A program made the position numbers and the translations under genes. Shown here in pieces: positions 51,594 to 57,854 of a stretch of 57,854 bases of DNA. The stretch covers positions 1 through 57,854 of the forward strand of contig JACPNL010000009.1 of NCBI GenBank assembly GCA_016185505.1, given 5' to 3'. The stretch is from Candidatus Yanofskybacteria bacterium (GTDB taxonomy: Bacteria; Patescibacteriota; Minisyncoccia; 2-02-FULL-40-12; GWA2-44-9). The notes beneath the pieces were generated by a model, which saw only the letters and a list, made by a program, of their open reading frames with translations, had not been told where the DNA came from and did no database searches. How positions within the stretch are numbered: the first letter of the stretch is position 1; each line of letters begins with the position of its first letter.

Positions 51594-52383
51594 TGGTTTA
51601 GTGACAGATTTTCTGCTCGGGCATCGGGTTTTATGTCTAGTTTATTAAATACCTCGAGCAGTTCTTCCTTCATGATACCAAATTTTTTAGTCAAGTTTCC
51701 TGCTAGTTGTTTCCTCTTCCCCGCGAAAGCGGTTTTGATAAGCTTAAAAACCTTTTCCCTTAATTCATAATTAATAATTCTTGATTCTCGATGAGGCGTT
51801 AGCCGAATGATTGCCGAATCAACTTTTGGCATTGGCCGGAAACTGCCTCGCGATACATAACTAATAATTTTCGGTTCCGCGTAAAATTGGACCGACAAGG
51901 CGAGGAGATTCATATGCGGCGGTTTTGCCACGATTCTTTGGGCTACTTCTTTTTGGACTGTTAGTACAATAAGTTTTGGTTGTGGCCAGTCCTCTAGTAT
52001 TTTCCGTATTAAATTTGAAGTTATGTAATACGGTATATTGCCGACAACCTTGTAGTTATTGTTTGAAAATTTGAAAATTGAAGAATTGATTGAAAATTGA
52101 AAATTGGAAATTTGAGAATATCCCCTTCCACAATCTCAACGTTGGTGTTTTTTCCGCCTTCGACGGAAAATTTTTTCTTAAGTTCTTCGACTAAACGGCG
52201 GTCTTTTTCTACGGCGATAACCCGGCCGGCTTCTTGAACCAATTTTTCAGTGAGGACCCCTGTGCCTGGTCCTATCTCAAGAACGATATTATTCTTTTTC
52301 AACTCGGCGGCTTTGACTATCTTGTCTAGCACCCCTTTGTTAACTAGAAAGTTCTGCCCCAGCGACTTTTTGGCTTTGAACAT
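51551..52383 (-). pseudogene. rsmA: 16S rRNA dimethyladenosine transferase RsmA/KsgA with a frame break in a low-complexity linker
   Basis: The N-terminal frame reads KSLGQNFLV..EIGPGTGVLT..VEGDIL. The C-terminal part (YKVVGNIPYYITS..VQKEVAQR..) is in the -1 frame. The switch lies within the (t)ttcaa(t)ttt repeats at about 52046-52115. Confidence 0.7.
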
Positions 52384-52431
52384 AGCAAATTTCCTGTGGA
52401 TAAACGACTTGCGAAGTCGTTTATCCACAGG

Positions 52432-54483
52432 TTAGTAATAAATTTTCTCCTCATCGTCAAAATCAACTCCGCCCGTTTCAAATGAAGCAAGGTGCGCCGG
52501 TATTTCTCCCAGAAACCTGGACGGAAGATTGGACTGGGTTGAGCCGAAAATGTTTCGGTACTTTGTGAAAGTTAGAATCAGTTTTTCTTTGGCTCTGGTG
52601 ATGGCTACATAGCAAAGCCGTCTCTCCTCTTCCAGTTCGTCGGGGTAAAACAGAGTTCTTGAGTGCGGGAACAGTCCTTCCTCAAGACCGATAATGAAGA
52701 CAACCGGGAATTCAAGGCCTTTTGAGGCGTGGGTGGTCATCAGGGTTATCTTATTATCTGTATTTTTAACGCGGTCCATATCTTGAAGTAAAGCGATTTC
52801 TTCTAGGAATCTGGCCATTCCTTCGGAACACGAATTGGCGTTATCGTACTTTCTGGCAACAGTGAGAAGCTCTTTTAGATTTTCCATTCGGTCTTCAAAG
52901 TTCTCAAAGTCGTCGGCTCTTAAGGCGTAAAGGTTTTTTAAATAATCCTCATAATTTATTCTTTTTATAACGTACTTGATTAATTCACTGACTTTTTTTG
53001 TTTCGGCGGCTTTGTCAATATCGGTTAGCGTCCTATAAAATTCTGAAACCGATTTCGACTGCTTTGGTGGTAGCTCTTTGCCCTTGGTTAGCGACTCTAA
53101 AGCGGCCAGTATATTAATTCTTTCAATTTTGATTTTTGATTTTCCCTCGACCTGAGCTCGGGACGAAGGTTGATTTTTGATCTTGTCCAGTAGGACGTCG
53201 CCTATCCCCCGCGGAGGTACATTGTATATTCTTTCAAAACTGATGATATCAGCCGGGTTTGTTAGAAATTTAAGGTAAGCGAGAATGTCTTTAATTTCCT
53301 TTCTCTCATAGAACTTGATGCCTCCGACTATATGATAAGGGAATCCCGCCGATATAAGCGCTTCTTCCACGGCGCGGGACTGGGCGTGGGTTCGGTATAG
53401 AATTACAAAGTCATTTGGCTTTCGTCCTTTTTTGGCCATATCTCTAATTGTGGATACAACGAAACCTGCTTCCTGCCGTTCGTTCAGAAGTTCTTTGGCT
53501 AATATTTTCTCCCCCTCGTCGTTGTCGGTCCACAACTCCTTAGGTACTTGGTTTTTATTATTGGAGATAAGGTGGCTGGCGGCGATTATGATGCTTTTGG
53601 TTGAACGATAATTCTGTTCCAACATCACAACTTTCGCATCGGGGTAGTCCTTTTGGAAATTCAAAATATTTCTTATGTCGGCCCGTCTGAACATGTAAAT
53701 GGCCTGTGAGTCGTCACCAATGACAAATAAATTTCTGCTTATTTTGGCCAACAAAGATACAAATTCATACTGGTCTCGGCTCGTGTCCTGATACTCGTCA
53801 ACGAGTATGTATTTCCAGAGATTCTGATATTTTTTGAGTGTTTCGGGGTTGTTTTTAAAAATTTTTACACAAAGAACAATAAGGTCGTCAAAGTCAACTG
53901 CGTTAAGGCGTTTTAACTCTTCCTGGTAGCGTTTATAGATATTGCCCACTATCTTTTCAAAAAATTCTTCTGAAGGCGCGTCTTTTGGTTCAACGAACTC
54001 TGTTTTCAGACGTGATATTCTGCCAAGTACCGCCTTGGGGTTAGTTTTCTTGCTGTCCAGTTCCAGTTCGGTGATTATTCTTTTAACCAAACTCACCTGG
54101 TCATCGGCGTCAAAAATAGTGAAGTTGCTTCCGTAGCCGAGGTGGTGGATTTCTCTCCTTAAAATTTTGAGGCCTATGGAGTGAAAAGTGCCGATGATCG
54201 GAGGTTGTAGCGCAGTAGCGCAGTAGCGCAGTAGCGAATCAACTCGCCCGTGCATTTCGCCGGCCGCCTTATTTGTGAACGTCAGAGCTAAGATGTTTTC
54301 GGGACTGATCCCCGTTGAAATTAGGTGGGCGACTCTATGGGTAAGGCACTTGGTCTTCCCGGAACCCGGACCGGAGATAACTAAAACCGGACCGTCAATT
54401 GTCTTGACGGCCTCAAGCTGTTTGTCGTTCAAATCGTGGAATATTTTGTTCATTTCTGGTAATATTTCCAGCAATGGTTTCAA
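52432..54483 (-). CDS. UvrD/PcrA-type ATP-dependent DNA helicase
   Basis: GPGSGKT, TFTNKAA, DEYQDT, VMLEQNYRS, TTHASKGLEF, VAITRA. An in-frame octamer-repeat insertion reads LLRYCATALQP. Confidence 0.9.
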   Translation of the reverse strand: MKPLLEILPEMNKIFHDLNDKQLEAVKTIDGPVLVISGPGSGKTKCLTHRVAHLISTGISPENILALTFTNKAAGEMHGRVDSLLRYCATALQPPIIGTFHSIGLKILRREIHHLGYGSNFTIFDADDQVSLVKRIITELELDSKKTNPKAVLGRISRLKTEFVEPKDAPSEEFFEKIVGNIYKRYQEELKRLNAVDFDDLIVLCVKIFKNNPETLKKYQNLWKYILVDEYQDTSRDQYEFVSLLAKISRNLFVIGDDSQAIYMFRRADIRNILNFQKDYPDAKVVMLEQNYRSTKSIIIAASHLISNNKNQVPKELWTDNDEGEKILAKELLNERQEAGFVVSTIRDMAKKGRKPNDFVILYRTHAQSRAVEEALISAGFPYHIVGGIKFYERKEIKDILAYLKFLTNPADIISFERIYNVPPRGIGDVLLDKIKNQPSSRAQVEGKSKIKIERINILAALESLTKGKELPPKQSKSVSEFYRTLTDIDKAAETKKVSELIKYVIKRINYEDYLKNLYALRADDFENFEDRMENLKELLTVARKYDNANSCSEGMARFLEEIALLQDMDRVKNTDNKITLMTTHASKGLEFPVVFIIGLEEGLFPHSRTLFYPDELEEERRLCYVAITRAKEKLILTFTKYRNIFGSTQSNLPSRFLGEIPAHLASFETGGVDFDDEEKIYY

Positions 54484-54538
54484 AGCCCTCTTTCGATATA
54501 GAATTTATGGGGTTTTGAAGCCATCTCTTAGTACAAAT

Positions 54539-54612
54539 GGGCCTATGGTCTAATGGCATGACGCGACATTCGCATTGTCGAGACGGCAGTTCGATTCTGC
54601 CTAGGTCCACCA
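54539..54612 (+). tRNA. tRNA-Ala (anticodon CGC), CCA encoded
   Basis: GGGCCTA/TAGGTCC with G3:U70, CGACA-TTCGCAT-TGTCG, GGCAG-TTCGATT-CTGCC. Confidence 0.85.
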
Positions 54613-54616
54613 TAAT

Positions 54617-54642
54617 AAATGACTCAATCAGTTGAGTCATTT
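54617..54642. terminator. perfect 11-bp hairpin aaatgactcaa-tcag-ttgagtcattt
   Basis: Read directly. It lies between convergent units. Confidence 0.6.
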
Positions 54643-54643
54643 A

Positions 54644-55120
54644 TTAAGTTAAAGAAGTTTTAAAGAATTTTTTAATTGTGTCATACATCACGGGCAACTC
54701 CAAGTAATCTATCATAATCGCAACCCAGGCGAGCCACAAAGGAAAATTGGAATGCTCGCCCCTAAAGTGGGCAATGACAAATTCATCGGTTATCCAAAAA
54801 AGATGAAGCCACTGTGAGTTGAGTAGAGCAAGAAATAATATGCTTTTATTTGTGTCTCTGCCCTGGCGCAACTCGTTTATATATATTAAAGACACGGTAA
54901 TAAGCGCCGGTATTTCGGTGTAGTCGACGGCAATGATAGCGTACTCCCAAAATCCGGAAATGTTAAGTAACGAAGAAGAGAACAGTCGTTCGAAAACAAT
55001 GTCAGTCGTGAGCCAAGATAAATGGATCAACTGCCAAACAAAAAGACCGGCGGCTATTCCGATATTAATGCGTAAGTTCTCTTCGTACCAATTCCAAAAG
55101 TGGTTTATGTATTTACGCAT
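54644..55120 (-). CDS. hypothetical membrane protein
   Basis: 158 aa with four or five TM helices; Trp-rich. Confidence 0.5.
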   Translation of the reverse strand: MRKYINHFWNWYEENLRINIGIAAGLFVWQLIHLSWLTTDIVFERLFSSSLLNISGFWEYAIIAVDYTEIPALITVSLIYINELRQGRDTNKSILFLALLNSQWLHLFWITDEFVIAHFRGEHSNFPLWLAWVAIMIDYLELPVMYDTIKKFFKTSLT

Positions 55121-55137
55121 AACATAAATAATGTTTG

Positions 55138-55212
55138 TCGGGGCGCCGGGAGTCGGACCCGGTCATGCTTCCACTACCCGAAAGTGGCGTGCGACCGTTA
55201 CACTACGCCCCG
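55138..55212 (-). tRNA. tRNA-Pro (anticodon CGG), atypical
   Basis: CGGGGCG/CGCCCCG, CCACT-TTCGGGT-AGTGG, CCGGG-TCCGACT-CCCGG. The 8-nt variable region and the non-canonical T loop lower confidence. Confidence 0.6.
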
Positions 55213-55336
55213 TGAACGAAAATCTGCTGATATTTTAGCATGTTTTTGGTGGTTTATCCAGCTTATTTTTCCAGCATTGTCTGTTACCAAAATTAAAGTA
55301 TAATTAACAAAGAATTAAGAAAAATTAAAAATATCT

Positions 55337-55768
55337 ATGGAATCTTTGCTTAAAAATCAAAATATTTTGGAAAGATCTGAAGCAAAGGAAACAGTAATGA
55401 ATCTTTCGGGGGTTGAAGCGGTTTTGAAATACGACGCCTTAAAAGGCATGAAAAAAGAGTGGTCTTTGCCTGGAGTTCTCTCCTCTTATCTAATGGAGAA
55501 CGAAGAGAATGAAAAATTAGTTATCAAAAAACTTAAAAGAGTTATTGAGGGGAGAAACAAAGAGTTTACTGTTCTTAATGTCAAAGATCTAAATAACCAA
55601 GGTAGGATAAAGGCGACTATTTTTATAGAGTGGAATTTAGATATGGATCCGGAAGCTTTTATTAATCCTGGTTTTAACCCTAGTCTTGAACGAGCGGGCC
55701 TTTTTATAAGATCAATGAATATTACCGCGAGTTCTGCGGTAATAGCCAAATTAAAAGAACTCTTCTAG
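55337..55768 (+). CDS. hypothetical protein, 143 aa
   Basis: ORF track entry; no recognisable motif. Confidence 0.45.
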   Translation: MESLLKNQNILERSEAKETVMNLSGVEAVLKYDALKGMKKEWSLPGVLSSYLMENEENEKLVIKKLKRVIEGRNKEFTVLNVKDLNNQGRIKATIFIEWNLDMDPEAFINPGFNPSLERAGLFIRSMNITASSAVIAKLKELF

Positions 55769-56203
55769 CTACTTTTCCCCAGTGCTTCCGAATCCGCCTC
55801 TATTTTTTGCTTTCAATTTCGGTACTTCTTGCCATAAAGCGCGAGTGAATTTCACAAATATTCCTTGCGCTATTCTTGCGCCTTTTTCTACGACTACCGT
55901 TTTCCTTGTGAAGTTATATAACGGTACGGCATATTCGTCATTATCCCCTCTATAATCAGGGTCCCCTATGCCTATTCCGTGGGCAGGCATAAGGCCATAT
56001 TTGTGAGTTGAGCCACGAGCGGCGATAAACAATATATGGTCTTTAGGCGTCTCAACGGCCACGTTGAGTGCGATATACCCGACTTGCCTGGGTTTAATCG
56101 TTCTCGTTTCTCTGGCAGTTAAGTCAAAACCAACAGCCCCGGTGGTTTTATATTCCGGCAAAGGGAGATTTTTATCAAAACGTTTAATCTTTATTCTCTT
56201 CAT
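55769..56203 (-). CDS. dut: dUTP diphosphatase
   Basis: GAVGFDL, GIGDPDYRGDNDEY, RIAQ, RGGFGSTG. The start is set at ATG 56203. Confidence 0.8.
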   Translation of the reverse strand: MKRIKIKRFDKNLPLPEYKTTGAVGFDLTARETRTIKPRQVGYIALNVAVETPKDHILFIAARGSTHKYGLMPAHGIGIGDPDYRGDNDEYAVPLYNFTRKTVVVEKGARIAQGIFVKFTRALWQEVPKLKAKNRGGFGSTGEK

Positions 56204-56387
56204 TACTACCAACTACAAATTACAAATAACAACAAATGTACAAATTTTACAACTTACTACTAATTACAAATTTAACAAATATACAAATCTACAAATAAAT
56301 AAAATTCGTAGATTAGTACATTCGTAAAGATTCGTAATTTGTAGGATTTTGTAGATTCGTATATTCGCGCAGATTTGTAATTCGTAG

Positions 56388-57854
56388 TTAGACATAGTAT
56401 TTCTTCATTCTTGCTTCCTCCTCTTTTTTCTGGGCTTCTTCTATTTTTTTCAGTGACTCTCTCAATTCCTCCGGCGTTTTTTTATCTAATTCGTGGGTTC
56501 TTTGTCTTAAGTACTCTTTCTTATTTCTTGTTGGGTCGTTCAGTACTTCAGCAAGGAGGTAATTTAATATAAGGCCGATTTTTGGTCCAGGTTTAATGCT
56601 CAATTCTTTCATCAGTTCATCGCCGTTAATTTGGAGCATTTTAACGGAAATTGGGTCGTGGGAAACCTTGTCTATAATATATTTCATGTGACGCAGTTTG
56701 TACGGTACTGCTTTTGGTCTTCCTGAGCCAATCCGGTCCGCTTCGCGAACTTTTATCAGGTCTTCCATATTATCTTTGCCGACGTTCGCCATAAGCCGTC
56801 TGACCGATGATTCGGTTACTTCCCCGACGTTATAGAAAAACATATGATAGCGGACTAATTTTACCACTTGCTCCGTGATGTCTTTGGGAAATTTCAGCCG
56901 TTCCATAATTTGGGCAACCATTTTGGCGCCGATTACCTCGTGACCGTAAAAAGTTGAATGCAATCCCTCGCCCCTCTTGGAGCGCGGCTTGCCGATATCG
57001 TGGAAAAGAGCCGCAAGACGGACTTCCAGAGAATATTTTTTATCCGCGGCATACTTTAAAGCTCGGGCGCAATGTTCCCACACGGTATAGATGTGATGCA
57101 GGTTTTGTTCTACGCCGATACCTTCGTGCATTTCCGGAACCACGTATTGTAAAAGGCCGGTTTCTTCAAGCAGCAGCACTCCCTCATAGGCGCTGTCGGA
57201 TTCGATGATCTTAATAAACTCGTCCCTTATCCTCTCCTTTGATATGATCCTGATCCATTCGGCATTCTCTTTTACCGCGGCCAGCGTCTTTTCCTCGATA
57301 TTAAAACCTAAAACAGTTGCAAAGCGAATAGCGCGTAATAACCGAAGAGCGTCTTCGTTAAATCTTTCCTTGGGATTGCCTACAGTTCGGATAACTTTTT
57401 TGTTCAGGTCTTTTTGTCCGTCAAATAGGTCTATTAGTGTAAAATTCGAAGCACGAATATCGAAATTCGAGACAATATCTAAATCAGGATTTTTAAATTC
57501 TAAACGTTTTGAATTTTTAGAATTAGTGTTTTGAATTTGTTTCGTATTTCGTATTTCGTATTTCGGATTTATGCTCAATGCCATTGCATTGATTGTGAAA
57601 TCACGTCTGGAGAGGTCATCTTCCAGCTTTTCGGCAAATTTTATTTCATCAGGATGCCTTTTGTCCGTGTACTTGCCCTCAATCCGATACGGCGTTACTT
57701 CTACTACCGCCAAGGTCGAATTTTTTGAACCGGTCTTAATTCCCACTGTTCCAAAGGTATTTTCATACGTTGCATCATAGTCAGCCCCGACGCTGTCGGT
57801 CGGGATCCTGACCTCGCCTTGCGAGCGTCGGGAGAAAATCTTCTGTATCTCTTC
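56388..57854 (-). CDS. cca: CCA-adding tRNA nucleotidyltransferase with HD domain (N-terminus beyond right edge)
   Basis: DFTINAMAL, RFNEDALRLLRAIRFA, LFHDIGKP. The frame stays open upstream of the track start through to 57854. It carries two in-frame repeat insertions. Confidence 0.85.
   Translation of the reverse strand, partial: EEIQKIFSRRSQGEVRIPTDSVGADYDATYENTFGTVGIKTGSKNSTLAVVEVTPYRIEGKYTDKRHPDEIKFAEKLEDDLSRRDFTINAMALSINPKYEIRNTKQIQNTNSKNSKRLEFKNPDLDIVSNFDIRASNFTLIDLFDGQKDLNKKVIRTVGNPKERFNEDALRLLRAIRFATVLGFNIEEKTLAAVKENAEWIRIISKERIRDEFIKIIESDSAYEGVLLLEETGLLQYVVPEMHEGIGVEQNLHHIYTVWEHCARALKYAADKKYSLEVRLAALFHDIGKPRSKRGEGLHSTFYGHEVIGAKMVAQIMERLKFPKDITEQVVKLVRYHMFFYNVGEVTESSVRRLMANVGKDNMEDLIKVREADRIGSGRPKAVPYKLRHMKYIIDKVSHDPISVKMLQINGDELMKELSIKPGPKIGLILNYLLAEVLNDPTRNKKEYLRQRTHELDKKTPEELRESLKKIEEAQKKEEEARMKKYYV

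Overview
This is a 57.9-kb, gene-dense, AT-leaning bacterial chromosome segment. The gene content and architecture resemble a small-genome Patescibacteria/CPR-like organism, but that is inference and no searches were run. It spans the replication-origin neighbourhood (dnaN<-dnaA | rpmH-rnpA-yidD-yidC-jag). Housekeeping genes present are gyrA (partial), rpsA, ftsH, an RluA-family synthase, rplS, a nifS/iscS-like desulfurase, tig, nusA, murI, a pilB/gspE-like ATPase, ruvB, yebC, ruvC, tyrS, PBP1A, lnt, rsmA, uvrD/pcrA, dut and cca (partial). There are ten tRNA genes plus one disrupted tRNA, and a Gram-positive-style T4SS-like cluster (PrgI-like, split VirB4, VirB6-like) at about 41.6-50.1 kb. 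Five things look most unusual. (1) A ~5-kb compositionally foreign island (4136-9075) sits between rpsA and ftsH. It consists of four insulated single-gene cassettes: a 126-aa orphan behind a ~370-nt structured leader, a very GC-rich 273-aa orphan, a beta-CASP MBL nuclease and a degenerate Nudix-like protein. A fifth similar cassette (44634-45272) is inserted antisense in the T4SS-like cluster. (2) Several families of GC-rich palindromic mini-elements are inserted in frame in many essential genes and also build the island leaders. (3) A tRNA-Phe is split by a ~293-nt group I intron, and a free-standing LAGLIDADG-like gene lies next to it. (4) An otherwise canonical tRNA-Lys(CUU) gene is interrupted twice, once by a double-hairpin element and once by an insertion that carries a complete second tRNA-Lys(CUU). 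(5) Almost every intergenic spacer is a 100-200-nt AT-rich long hairpin from a few word families, and these hairpins often supply stop codons. Two genes (a Nudix gene and rsmA) are frame-disrupted in homopolymer or low-complexity runs. All calls come from reading the sequence and the ORF track. No alignments or folding were computed.
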